64,000 nt of DNA from Scyliorhinus canicula (taxonomy: Eukaryota), in contig NC_052158.1 of NCBI RefSeq assembly GCF_902713615.1, positions 35,889,729 through 35,953,728 on the forward strand, in the 5' to 3' direction. Position numbers and translations under genes: made by a program. Shown here piece after piece: positions 51,239 through 64,000 of the stretch. The notes below the pieces were generated by a model. That model was not told the origin of the DNA and searched no databases. It was given only the letters and a program-made list of their open reading frames with translations. The number at the start of each line of letters is the position of its first letter. Positions within the stretch are counted from its first letter, which is position 1.

Positions 51239-52120
51239 TATCGTTCAATGTATTTCCGATGGTGTGACTTGAACACAGGATCAAGGCCCTGGGGAATTGC
51301 ATTACGTGTCCAGTGAACTGATCATGGAACCGTAATGCAAGTGACGAGAACATGGGCTGTGGGGAAGTTAAGAAATGTGTTAATGATAGGGGACAATAAG
51401 TTCAAAGTGGTAGCTATTGTTCTCTGCAATCTCTTAACGGAACGAAAAGGCACGTATGGCTTGTGGGATGCCAGTTTGGCGAGCGTAAAATCGTGACGGG
51501 GAAGCACCTGGAAGCAGATCGGGAAGATACCACGCCGTGTTGCTCATGGGAAACAACGACTGAGCTGTCAGGACAAAAATTTAAAAACTGACGATCAAAA
51601 GGGATGGGGGCGCGGGATGACGAGATGCTGGAGTGGCGCCGGAAAAGGGAGCGTAAGGTTGAATATGAGAGAACGATTAGGAAAGAGAAGAATGTGGCGA
51701 TGTGGTGAAAGAGAAAGATGAGAGAACAGCTTGGGAGGGAAATGTTAAAATTAATTGGCCGTATTCCAATAGGTTAATTGCAGTGAGTTGTGGTTAGACA
51801 AAGCACTATTTAAATGTATGGATGAAATACCTGCAGGGAATGCGGGAAAGTCTTTATGGGAATGGATGGCAGAAAGAACATCTGACCTTAGAAGGTCAGA
51901 ATTAGCGTCTTGTGGGTCTAGTGGACATGTGATGCTAAGAATGTCTAGCGCAGCCATCGTTGATGGGAGCTCTTTCCAGACTCCAAACTGCTGTTAATTC
52001 TTTGGCCAGTCTTAGTCAAAACGTTATTGGAGTTAGAACCAGACCAGTAAGTGTGGGGTAAGTGTGGGTAGTGTTAATCTTCATGTAAACTAGAAAATGA
52101 TTTATATTCAAGAGAAGTAC

Positions 52121-52467
52121 GGGGCAGCACCGTAGCATGGTGGTTAGCATAAATACTTCACAGCTCCAAGGTCCCAGGTTCAGTTCCCGGCTGGGTCACT
52201 GTCTGTGCGGAGTCTGCACGTCCTCCTCGCGTGTGCGTGGGTTTCCTCCAGGTCTCCGGTTTCCTCCCACAGTCCAAAGATGCACATATTTTAGGTGGAT
52301 TGGGTGGGTTAGGTGGATTGGCCATGCTAAATTGCCGTTAGTGTCCTAAAGATAGGTTAATGGGGGGGGGGGGGGGGGGGTTACTGGTATAGGGTAGGGT
52401 GATCATTGCTCGGCACAACATCGAGGGCCGAAGGGCCTGTTCTGTGCTGTTACGTTCTAGGTTCTAT
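52121..52467 (+). mobile_element. Full-length V-SINE, absent from the paralogous block at ~22530
   Basis: Complete head, V-domain and tail. The paralog reads through the site (caagagaagtctcg). Further copies at ~10310-10570, 16990-17170, 25985-26245, 41345-41750 and 58954-59285. Confidence 0.85.
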
Positions 52468-52914
52468 AAGTCTCGCAGATGAAGGTTTAGAATGTACTGT
52501 TACACTTTATTCAGGTAATCAGCTGAGGAACGGGTTGCGGGAAAATATCCAAGGTCTATATTTGCATAATAAGGCAATGCTAATCATCAGCACGATACTG
52601 ACATATCCACCAAGAAATAGAGATCAGTATACATTGGAATTCCATGTTACGTTTGAATTCCAATCACAAATAAATGTATTTGAATTTAAACAACCTAATA
52701 GTTATGAGTAGAGAGAAGGGCTGATGTTCTTTACATAACGGAAGGAAGTGCATGGGTTGTGCGGAACATTGAGTGAAACAAGTCAAATTTTCAAATATAT
52801 GACGAATAATGTAAACAAAACCTAGCATGAACTCCCTACCCGTGATCCACTCAAGATGTTACGCATAATATTCGTTTGCAAGAACAGGTTTATTGCGTCG
52901 CAAAGATCAGCGGC

Positions 52915-53880
52915 AGGTCTGAGCCTCGGGAAAGTTTCAGAAACCAGAGGCTACGAAAAATCTTTATTAAAAGTAAAAAGGTACATTATTCGAGGAACGT
53001 CGCCACAAACACAAATGTAAAGCAGGTTTGAGAAAAATTCCGAGGAGCTGTTCAGCTAAGATGCTCATACTAATGTCCAAAAAGCTGGTTTAGTTCCCTT
53101 TTCAGCTTAAATGTAATTCAGAGTTGCTTCCTCAACCTGCCGCTGAGAGTAGAATACAATTACAAACCGCCACTGACAATAGAGATCCAGGAAAAGAGCT
53201 CAGGGTCAGGCCAGAACGAACCATCAACAAACAATCATCCAAAAGCTTGCTTTGAGGCAGAGCACGAATGGAATGGAACAGCCGCGCTTCCAGCAGTATT
53301 TAAAGTGGAAGGAAAGCACGTAACCGAAGTGCTGCTTCATTTGCATCAAATAAAGGCGAAATGAACGTGAATAGTAGCGTTCTGGTAAGATATTATTAAA
53401 ATATCTGCATAATAATACTCTTCCTGCAATGATACTTGGAAGTTGCCTCAATCAGGAAATTATGGAGCTAGCAGAGGCGACATTCCACAGCATTTATGGT
53501 ACAAAATAGTCATCTGCTCATCAAAATATTTTTACTGCAGACATGTTAAAGCACCATCTAATCGTAGGTGAGACAAAAACGAAATGCCGCAAATGTAAGA
53601 GAGTGATGAATATATCCGATATATAATTTACGAGAAACATCGTTAAGCAGAAAATGGGCAGAATGCCGAAGTTGTTGTCATAGGTATTGGCAAATGCAAA
53701 TAGCATCGACACATTTAATGCAAGAATTTAATGAGCCTAAGAGAGACATAAATTGAACTGTTGGAGCCGATAACCTCTTTATTTTCTTTGTGTTTACTGC
53801 ACAAACATGGCATTGCTGCATTACTCTGTAAAAGCCTTGAAATGCTAAGCGAGTCATGCATAATTCGTGCAGACTGAACC
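52915..53880 (-). pseudogene. Paralogous decayed frame, copy B
   Basis: FGILPIFCLTMFLVNYISDIFITLL and EFFSNLLYICVCGDVPRIMYLFTFNKDF. Lies in the duplicated downstream block. Confidence 0.35.
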
Positions 53881-54084
53881 AACATAATTGTTGCATCAAA
53901 ACTGATCCTTGTACTGAATATAATATATTTCTTCCCCTCTACCTATCTCTTAGCCTCTCTCTCCGCAGATGTTGACAGTCCGTTTGAGCCTGCCACAATT
54001 TTTCAGTTTTAGTCCGCAGTTCCAAAACCCACTCTTATCTCCTTCTGCAAGTGAAAAAAACCCGGAATAGAACACCGGAATACA

Positions 54085-55250
54085 TGCACGTGGCCACGTG
54101 ACAAGCACCCCGCCAGGCATGAAAACAAGATGTCCTCCGCCATATGTCACTTCCCACACCAACCACTCCCATTTCAGCGATCCTTCCTCCCCAGCCCCAA
54201 AGAAAGATACAGACCATTCAGCGCTCCCCCATACCTTACTCTTGAAAACCCCCACTGCTCTCCAGTTAACTTACGCGCCCAGCTAGCATGTTGGCCTACG
54301 CCAATGGTCTCTGACAACCGCTCATCCCTCCCACCAACCCTCCCAGCTGCTAGCACCAAAGAGGCATTAAAGAAAGCTCACCGTTACTGCTTCTTCGTAA
54401 TCTGACCGAATCCACCCAAATTATGTGCCCCACAATTTAAACCGACCTCCCCTCCAATGTCCTCGCACTCCTCCCAGTCCATGATCTCTCTTAAAGTCCA
54501 TCACCTCCTACGGCGAGTCAAAATAAAAGTCCTGCTTTTGTTGCATCACCCACAAGTGGGCGGGGTAGAACACGGCAAACCAGTCCCTTCTTGCAGAGGG
54601 CCGCCTTTACCTGATTATAACCTCCCCTCTGCTTGGCCAGCTGTGGACCCAGATCCTGGAAATCCGCAGCTCACTCACATTCCAAGTGCATCTCTTGCTC
54701 TTCCTCGCCCAGCTCAAGATCTTTTCTTTATCCTTAAACCCATGCAGCCTCATTGGCATCTCCCTCAGTGGTTCCCCACTTGCCTCCTCCTCATCGCCCT
54801 GTGCGCCCGTTCCACTTCGAGGGGCCGGTCAAAGGCCCCCTCGCCCATCAACTTCTCGAACATGTGCGCCACAAAATTGGCAGTCTCCGCACTTTTGCTG
54901 CCATTGGGCAGCGGAACGGCAACAGATTCTGCTTCCTAGAGGGGTTCACAAGGCCCTCCAACTTCTCCTTCAGCATTTTATTGTTCCTCAACACCATCCC
55001 CACCTTCGTCTCCAGCGAAGTCAGCTGATACCGCCACTTTATGGATCGTCAGGTCCTGAGCCTCGTGCCTCTGATCCACCCACTTGATCACCAGTCGAAG
55101 CGGCTCCACCACCTTGGCAAAATCCCCTAAGGCCTCGTTCCTCTGCTGCTGAAGTTTGCAATTTTCTCCTGTGTCGCACCACAAAAAACGTTCTTGCTGC
55201 AACTGCTCTCTCTTCCTCGTGGCACTCCTCATCCGATGAGTCGTACACTA
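54085..55250 (-). mobile_element. L1 ORF1/inter-ORF fragment, paralog of 34060-35270
   Basis: Collinear with 34080-35270 and ends at the same position (ctcatccgatgag…tacac). Confidence 0.8.
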
Positions 55251-56499
55251 GCGTCTCAGAAAGTATTCCATTCCCTGGACACCCATGCACCATTTGCCCT
55301 GAAACACCACACAGTTCGGGTGGGGAAGGATAGAAAACATCTACATCGTTCGGGAGCCACCAAGTGTGTGACAACTCATGCACTCCATGGCGACCACTGG
55401 AAGTCCAGAAGTAATCCAATTCTTGACTAATAAGGGGGAAAATGGTTATCCAGGGTAGGTAGGAATATGGAGTTGAGGCTGCAATCATGTCAGTCATGAT
55501 CTTATCAAATGATGAAGCACGTGCGAGTGGCTGAATTACCTGTCTTTCCCTCTAACTCTCTATTATTCAGTATCTGCCCTCTCGTTTTCTCTCTCCCTCA
55601 GGAGCTTTTCCTCCTTATCGCCCTTTATGTGTCCCTGTTCTTGACTCTAGCTGTCTTACTGTGTTCTTATTCTGCAGAATTGTGGACTCAGGTAATTGTT
55701 ACGGCACATAATCAGGCCATTCGGCTTAATATGTCCGTGCTGCATCTCCCAAGCTGAAATTCATGTGCGGTCTTATCCCAGCACTAACTCCACACTTTCC
55801 TCCTTTACAGATAATCACAAAATCAGAAACAATTACGTCATTGAGGAAGTACACTGTGATCGACTAACGAGCCGCCCAGCCGAATCCAACTTTCCATTAG
55901 CCGTGGAAGTTATAGGACTTCCTGTTATCTCCAGACGAATTTCGAACGAGTTGATAATTTCTGTCTCTACCCGCATTTCTGGCAGTGAGTCCCGACCCTA
56001 CCATCCTCTGCTCAACGAAAACGTTTTCTCAACTCCCCTCTAATTCCTCTTTGAATTTCGTTAATCTATTACACCCTCGTTGCTGACCTACTGTTAAGGA
56101 AAATAGGCCCTTTCGATCTACTCTCTCCGGACCTCTCATAACATTGTTTACGTCGATCAAATCACTCCTTAGTCTCTGTCCCAAGGAAAATAATCTTACT
56201 CTATCCAATCTTTCCTCATAGCTGCACTTTTCCAGTCCCGGTAACAACGGCATGAATCTTTTCTGCACCCTCTCTGATGCAATTTCATAATTTCTAGAAT
56301 GAAGACACCAGAGCTGGACACAATATACAGGTTACAGCCTGACTAGTGTTTCCTATATTTCCAGGGTAACCTTCCATGCTTTTCGTATCTACCCAGTTTG
56401 CCAAGTGAGATCTGGTTAAAAACGTTGCTACAATGTAGAGAGACCATATGAACAGTAGAATCGTTATTAATCATCCTTGTTGAAGACTTAAATAATTCA

Positions 56500-57060
56500 A
56501 TAGGATCTGAATTGTGGTGGCATCATGCTGCAGTTGGTTGAAATGACAGAGGACAATCCTTTGAAAGCAGAGGCTGGTGGGGTGCAAAGTCGGGAATCTA
56601 TCATGGGAGGCAATAGGATATGTGAGAGTAGAGGTGCGGGAAATATTTCGAACTTGGTTGAGTACCGTGTCCACCACCCTGCGAGATGTGGACAGGTTGT
56701 TGTGGAATCCTCTGTTAAAGAAAACAATGACATGTCAAAGGAGCTAATTTTGAACGCAGCATCGTCAATATAGAAGTGACGGATGCTGAGAAACTGGAAG
56801 AATCTGATGAAGTCCTTACATGAAGCAATGTCTGAGTCGCTGTAGTCAAGGTAGCCATGGGAGTTGTTGGAATTGTAATGAATATTGGTTGTTAGCCTAT
56901 CACTGAGAATGGAGACAGAGGTTAGGGAGGATACGGGAAGCTTCGGAGCTGCACCATATAAGGCGAGATAGAACGTGGATATTGAAACCAAAATTGATAA
57001 TGTTGTCCAGGTCCGGAGGCGAGCATGAAGTGGCACCAATTCAGCCATGGATGTAGGACT
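56500..57060 (-). mobile_element. Penelope-like RT fragment, paralog of 38030-38680
   Basis: SVSILSDRLTTNIHYNSNNSHGYLDYSDSDIASCKDF. Confidence 0.75.
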
Positions 57061-57069
57061 GGATTCCGG

Positions 57070-60000
57070 TTTCCCCCCCATACCTTTGATTCCTTTCTCC
57101 TAAAGTGCAATATCTAATTGCTTCTTGAAACAAGCAATGTTGTGCCCTCAACGATATGTCAGAACAAATCCCATAGGCCGCCCTGTCACGGGGCGGAAAA
57201 ATGTGTCCTCATCTCTATCCGAAATAGTCTACTACGTAACCTCGGACTGTGACGCCTAATTCTGGACACACCAATCATCGAGAACTTCATTCTTGCATCT
57301 AGCCTGCCTAGTCCTGCTAGAATTTTATAGGTTTCGAAGAGATCCTTCTTCATTCTTAGGAACTGCAGCGAATATAATCCTAACCGAGTCAATCTCTCCT
57401 CGTACCTCAGCCCCGTCACCCTAGGAATCTTCTGGTAAATCTTCGCTGCAGTCTCTCTAGTGTAAGAACATCTTTTCTCAGATAACGAGATCAAATTGCA
57501 CACAATATTCCAGGTGTAACCTCACCATGGCCCTGCATAATAGCAGCAAGACATCCTGTAGTGGAATCCTCTCGCTGTGAAAGCAAACATGCTACTTGCC
57601 TTCTTTATCACCTGCTGTACTTGCATGCTTATCTTCAGTAACTGGTACGAGGACACCTGGATATCGATGCACATTCCGTCTCCTACTTCATGGCCATTCA
57701 GATATTAGTCTGCATTCTCGTTTTTGATACCAAAGTAGATAACTTCGCATTTCTTCAAATTATACTGCATCTGTCATTCATTTGTCCACTCACTCAGCTT
57801 GGCCAAATCGCACTGAAGGGTCCCTGCATCCCCATCCCAGCCCACTCTCCCCCCAACTAGTTGTCATGTGCACATTTAGAAATATTTTGTTCCCTCATCT
57901 AAATCATTCATTTATATTGTGAACAGCTGGGGCCCTAACACCGACCCCTGCCATATCCCACTAGTCACTGCCTGCCAATTTGAAGAAGACCTGTTAATTC
58001 CTTATCTTTGTTTCCTGTCTGCCAACTAGTGGTCTATCCAGCTCAATACACTCCCCCTCATCCCAGGTGCTTTAATTTTACACACTAATCTCTTATGCAC
58101 GACGTTGTTCAAAGCCTTCTGCAAGTCCAAATTTACCACATCCAAGGGCTCCTTGATTTGCCCCTCATAAATCCATGCTGACTCTGTCCGATCCTACTAC
58201 TGCTTTCTAAGTGTTCTGCTATATAACCTTTGATGATGGACTCTAGAATTTTCCCCACTACCGACGTCAGGCTTATTGGTATCCTCTCGAGCTCCATTTT
58301 TAAATAGTGGAGTTACATTTGCTAGCACTCAATCTGCAGGAACTGTTCAGAGTATGTAGAATCCTGAGAGGATGACCAGCAACGCATCCATTATTTCGTG
58401 AGACACTTCCTTAAGTATTGTGGGACATAGATTATCAGGGCCTGGAGATTAGCCTTCAATTCCATCAATTTCGCCACACTCTCTCTACTAATAATCATCT
58501 CCTTCAGATATTCCTTCTCACTAAACCCTGCGTTGTCCAACATTTTGTGGTATCTGATTTGTGTTCTCATTTGTGAACACTGAATAAAATTGTGTTTAGT
58601 TGCTCAGCTATTTCTTCACCCGCTTTGATACATCCCACTGTTTCTGACTGTCAGGGGCCTATATTAGTCTTCACCAATCTTTTTTTCTTTTCGAATCGAT
58701 AGAATCTTTCGGTCAGTTTTTATGTTCACTGCAAGATTACTCTCGTACTCTATTTTTTGAATCTTAATTAATCCCTTGGTCTCTTTGTTGGATACTAAAC
58801 TGCTCCCAATCCCCAGTCCTATTGTTTTTCTTGGTGGATCTGTATGCTGCTTCCTTGGGTGTCTCTAATTTTCATTGTCAGACATGGAATGGCCACCTTT
58901 CTCATTTTAAGTTTGTGTCAGACAGGAGTAAAGAATTGTTGCAGGAATAAATAATGGAGGCACGGTAGCACATTGGTTAGCACAGTTGCTTCATAGCTCT
59001 CGGGTCCCAGGTAAGATTTCCGGATTGGGTCACTGTGTGGACTTTGTACTTTCTCCCCGTGCCTGTGTGGGTTTTATCCGTCTGCTCTGATTTCCTCCCA
59101 CAGTCCAAAGATTTGCAGGTTAGGTGGATTGGCCATGCCACATTGTCCTTAGTCTCCAAAAAGTTAGGTGGGGTTACTGGGTTACGGGGATAGGGTGGTG
59201 GTCTGGACGTAAGTAGGATGCTCTTTCCAAAGCCTGGTGCAGACTCGATGCACCGAATGGCCTCCTTTTGCACTGTAAATTCTATTCATTCTCTGAGAAA
59301 TGCTCCACTGTCATCCCTTTAAGTAATGTTTCCAAATTGATAGCCAATTTGCGCCTCAACATACCATTGTCGTTTCCTGATTAAGATTGAGCACCCTAGT
59401 CTGAGAATCAAGTACTTCACACTACATCTTGATGATCAATTCTGTCATATTATGGTCCGTCACCGCCAATTGGGCTCGCACAACTGGGTTCCCAATGCTT
59501 CCGTTCTCATTACACAGTACCTTGTCCAGGATTGCCTGCTCCTTAGTTGGCTCCTCAATGTATTGGTCCAGAAAACCATCGCATATAGATTCCAGGAATT
59601 CCTCCTCTACGGTATTGTGACTAATTTGATTTGACCAATCTATGTGCAAATCAAAATCACCCATAGTTACTGATGATCCTTTATCGTATCCGTCTCTAAT
59701 TTCCCGTTTAATACCATTCCCAATATCACCACTGTAGGTTGAGGGTCTATATACGACGCCTACTAACATTTATTGCCCGTTGGTATTTCTCAGCTGTATC
59801 CATATGGATTCCACATTGTCAGAGCTAACATCTTTCCTCACTATTAAGTACATTTCCTTCTAAACCAGCACTGCCATTCCACTACCTTTTTCATTGTGCA
59901 TGTCCTTCCGAAATACTGAATACCCCTGGATGTTCAGTTCCCATCACTGGTCACCCTGCAGCCATGACTGCGTAATCCCACTAATATGATACCTGTTTAC

Positions 60001-60180
60001 TTCTATTTGCACGATTAATTCACCCATTTTATTGTGCATGTTAAGCTTATTTTTCTAACATTATTTGCTCCGTATCCAATATTTTTCACTTGTAGCACTT
60101 ATTTAATCTGGCCCTTGGTTTCTCTGCCTATCACTTTTCTCATTCCCCTTTCAGTCTTTTGTTCTTCCCCTTGTTTTCTA
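57070..60180 (-). mobile_element. Degenerate CR1 ORF2 fragments with nested SINE
   Basis: LVGVVYRP…MGDFDLHIDW…; RYEERLTRLGLYSL. Confidence 0.75.
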
Positions 60181-60198
60181 TTTCTCTGATTCCCAAAC

Positions 60199-60960
60199 AC
60201 CCAGATTACAAGGGCATCCAAGACATTAATTTGTCTTTATCTAATTATACTACATGGAAACATAAAGTGAATTTGGATGATTTCAGAGACTAAACGTAAT
60301 ATCAGTTTTTATTTACAATCTATTAATTGCAGGTTAGTTAACTCATCGAGGGTGGATGCTGTGCGAAATATTAAAATAAATATATTAATTTTCTCAACGC
60401 GAATTTAGCTAACCCTCCAAGGTAGAATTATTTTGGCTTTGAAATAAATAATACATTTGATAGACTTTTCAGAAATGAAATATTAATTCGCATTCCATGG
60501 AGATAAGTGATACAAACAGCAAAAACGAAAGAGAAGACACTCCCATTAATAATATTACAATTGGAATGTACAGGATTGCTACATTAAAATGACGTAATCA
60601 AAATGGGAAGTCAATTGATTTCATTGTTTTGAAAGCAAATTTTATTCTCTCTGCACACTGGCATCTTTCATAGTTGCATCTCGGGATCAACCAATTTATT
60701 GTTAAATCGATTTTTTTCAAATCAGTGTGCCTTGGCTGCATAACTAAGATTTGCTTTTAAAAACAATGGTTTATGAAAATGTGTTGATTCGTCTTGCACG
60801 GAGTTGGAGCCTGCACAGAAAGCATCATTACTGGCCATTGAACAATGGAATTCTACTAATTATACGTGTGGGAAAGAAATGTCAAAGTTATGTTTTCTCT
60901 TCACATTTGAATTGATGCAATACCAAAGGGCAATTAGACGAATTTCAGTGTCTAGCTTCA
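60199..60960 (+). repeat. Far-upstream block of a probable fourth GPCR unit; paralog of 6055-6640 + 6880-7030
   Basis: acccag(g/a)ttacaa(a/g)ggcatc…tctaattatactacat, ttttgaaagca(g/a)attttattctc and aattagacgaatt occur in both. Confidence 0.75.
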
Positions 60961-61323
60961 GCAGTGGAGGACCTATATTTTTGGGTCCCTGAAGCTTGAA
61001 CTGTTATGGGGCCCCTTCGCAACCAGCAACGAGGTCTGGATAATCACTGTTATATTCTTAAATGGGGTTGTTCCACGACAGATCACAACAATTAAAAAAA
61101 AGATTTAACCACTACATCGCAGATTTTGATGAAAATTGCTGTACTGGCTTATCCCTCATGTCAAAGTCACTGGTGTGAATGAAAAAATCCCTATGCCTTG
61201 TAGTTTTCGAGTTATGGGGGGATGAAAATTAGGGAAGTGTTATATACATGCATGATGCATCGTAGAATGATGAAGTGAAACATAGAAAAGACCACAGTCA
61301 ATATAATCTTTTAGTTTAGACAC

Positions 61324-64000
61324 TGTGATGGGCAATATTAGGGTACCGCGGTACCTAGGTGGGATGTACCTTATACTATAGTATGAGTGGTGGAACCTGC
61401 CTGCTGGTTCCGCCCAGCAGGCGGAGCATAAGAGTCTGTGTTTCACCGACAGCAGCCATTCTGTACCAGTGCTGCTGGGCTGACTACTTGTTCATCAAAG
61501 CGTTCAATTGGACTAAAATCTCACTTCAGTAGTGATTGATCATGTACCAATCTAATGAACAAGAATTGAAGAATGGCTGCTCTCCGCATCAAGCCAGAGT
61601 GTCTACAAATCAACCCCATGCAGCAAATGCAGCAGCAACTTTTAAACATTGGCTGGCATGTTCCAACGGGTACATCAGGACGGCCCCGACTACCCCCATG
61701 GAGGAACAGAAAATGCAAGTCCTCCACTTAAGGGTGAGCCCAGAAATCAAAGACGAGGACGATTTCGAGGACACAATGACTTTGTTAAAAGAGCACTACG
61801 TCCACACTGTGAATCAGTTATACGCTCGGTATCTTTTAACTACCAGACCGCAGATTCCAGGGGAATCAGGGGACGATTTGTACCGTGCATTGTTAATGTT
61901 AGGTAGAAACTGTAACTGTCCACAACTCGCAGCCAAGGACGACACCGAACTCTTAGTACGGGATGCTTTTGTTGCGGGCATGCTGTCCTCTAAAATCCGC
62001 CAGAGACTGCTGGAAAATGACACAATAGGGCTTAAAGAGGCACGGAAACTTGCGCACTCCCTAGGTATAGCCTCCCACAACGCCCAGGCATACTTTCCCG
62101 ACTGCGTGGTACCCGCATGGACAGGGTGGACCACACCCGCGGCCGATTCCAAAGCACTCCTAAATTCCCCACAAGTTTGTGCAGTGCGTCAGCCTGGAAA
62201 GCCCGGGGGGGGGGGGGGGGGTGCTATTTTTGGGGGTAAAATAAACACCCCTGGCAACACTGACCGGCCCGATCCTCAATCTACAAGGGCTGCGGGAAGA
62301 AGAGGTACCTTCTGGCAGTATGACAGGCCCAGTAAGCAGCCATTGTCCCCACATGTGAACCTGGCGCGCTGCCATTCCTCTTCTCACAGGCCATGTGCAT
62401 TTCATGGGGGCAACCATCTTGGATGATGTCTCAGGACCCGGACTCGGCTGGCCATTTATCGCCTGATGAGATCTCCCTCCGGCCATGTGCGATTCATCAG
62501 GGCAGCCATCTTGGATGACATCTCAAGACCCTGACTCCCGGTGGCCTTGTATCGCCCGACCTGATCTCTCATCTTCTGCCACAACTTGCCTCAGTAACAC
62601 TGGACCAGTGTCGGCCCCAAACGCTTTCAACCGCTTCAAAGTTGGTACTCATCAACGGGCACACGACATCCTGCTTGCTTGCCCTGGGAGCATGGAGAGC
62701 TTCATCCATCCCAATACAGTAAGACCCTGCTCCCTCGCTATATACCCGATTAAACAAAATATCTCCCTGGCTTCTGGTTCCCACACTGTGGAGATCCGGG
62801 GGTACTATATTGCGAACCTCACGGTCCAGGGCGTCGAGTTCAATAACTTCCGACTCCACATCCTCCCCCATCTCTGAGCTGCCACACTCCAGGGACTGGA
62901 CCTCCAGTGTAACCTGCAAAGTGTAACGTTCAAATTCGGCGGCCCATAACCCCCTAATTGTCAGCGGCCTCGTGACCCTCTAGGTCAACCCACCTTCCTG
63001 TTTGCAAACCTTACCCCCGATTACAAACCCATCGCCACCAGGAGCAGAAGGCACAGTGCCCAGGAACGGACCTTCATTAGGTCGGAAGTCCAACAGTTAC
63101 TAACGGAAGGCAGTATCGAGGACATCAACAGCCCCTGGAGAGCTGAAGTGGTGGTTGTAAAGACTGGGGCGAAACATAGGATGGTCATAGTCTACAGTCA
63201 GACCATCAACATGTATACGCAGCTCGATGCGTACCCTCTCCCCCGCATATGTGAAATTATCAACAACATAGCGGAATACAAGGTTTTCTCCACAGTAGAC
63301 CTTAATCAGCCTACCACCAGCTCCTATTCGCCCGGATGACCACATGTACACTGCATTCGAAGCAGATGGCCCAGTCTACTAGTTTCTAAGGGTTCCCTTT
63401 CTTGTCACAAATGGAGTCTCGGTCTTCCAATGGGAGATGGACCAAATGCTTCGGTCTGCGGGCCACGTTCCCGTACCTCGACAATGTCACCATCTGCAGC
63501 CATGACCAGCAGGTCCACAATACCAACCTCCGCAAATTCCTCCACACCGCAAAAATCCTTAACTTAACCTATAGCAAAGACAAATGCTTGTTTAGCCCTG
63601 ATTGCCTAGCCACCGTTGGCTAAGTTGAGTATGATGGAGTCATATACCCTGATCCCAAATGCATGCGGCCCCATGGAGTTTCCCCTCCCTGAATGTTGCA
63701 TGGGCTTCTTTTCTTATTACACCCAATGGGTCCCCAATTATGCGGACAAGCCCCGTCCACTAATCCAGTCCACAGTTTTTCCCCTATCGGCAGAGGCCTG
63801 CCAGGCTTTCAGTCGCATCAAAGCAGACATCACCAGAGCTATGATGCATGCAATCGATGAGTCCCTCCCCTTCCAGGTATAGAGCGATGCATCAGACACA
63901 GCTCTGGCTGCCACCCTCAATCAGGCGGGCAGACCAGTGGCCTTTTCTCGCACCCTCCACGCCTCAGAAATCCACTATTCCTCCATCTAGGAGGAGGCCC
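61324..64000 (+). mobile_element. Gypsy LTR retrotransposon (5' LTR, gag, PR, RT, start of RNase H), degenerate; runs off the window
   Basis: TG-starting LTR of ~230 bp; gag RDAFVAGMLSSKIRQRLLE; RT SPWRAEVVVV…YPLPRI…FSTVDL and YLDNV; RNase H start SDASD. Confidence 0.9.

Noticed and set aside
52121-52200. tRNA-like A/B-box sequences here and at other SINE heads
   Set aside because: They are SINE 5' domains followed by V-domain and LINE-derived tails, not tRNA genes.
1-64000. CRISPR arrays, rRNA or prokaryotic operons
   Set aside because: No regularly spaced repeat-spacer array or rRNA-like sequence; the window is vertebrate genomic DNA.

Overview
Eukaryotic, repeat-rich DNA, most likely from a shark. 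This is inferred from HE1/V-SINE-type SINEs, CR1/HER1-like LINEs, Penelope elements and a chondrichthyan-type MHC class I exon. The backbone is a tandem array of two-exon, GPR139/GPR142-like class A GPCR genes (70-nt coding exon 1, phase-1 intron, ~930-nt exon 2) at different stages of decay. Copy 1 has exon 1 at 2488-2557 and an exon 2 cut off by Penelope sequence at ~5647. Copy 2 is intact at 333 aa (18155-18224 + 20219-21150). An orphan antisense exon 1 lies at 24850-24919. Copy 3 has exon 2 only (41879-42795), with two compensating frameshifts and exon 1 apparently deleted. The upstream block of a probable fourth unit starts at ~60.2 kb. A ~10.3-kb foreign block in the upstream region of copy 2 carries a pseudogenised MHC class I alpha-3 exon and a matching transmembrane exon, and a second, inverted copy of that TM exon sits just outside the block. 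The rest is LINEs (CR1, L1, Rex/Babar, Penelope, one terminus with a hammerhead-ribozyme core), SINEs, MITEs, solo LTRs and a Gypsy element. All alignments were made by eye; no database searches were run, and TE boundaries are approximate unless a TSD is given.
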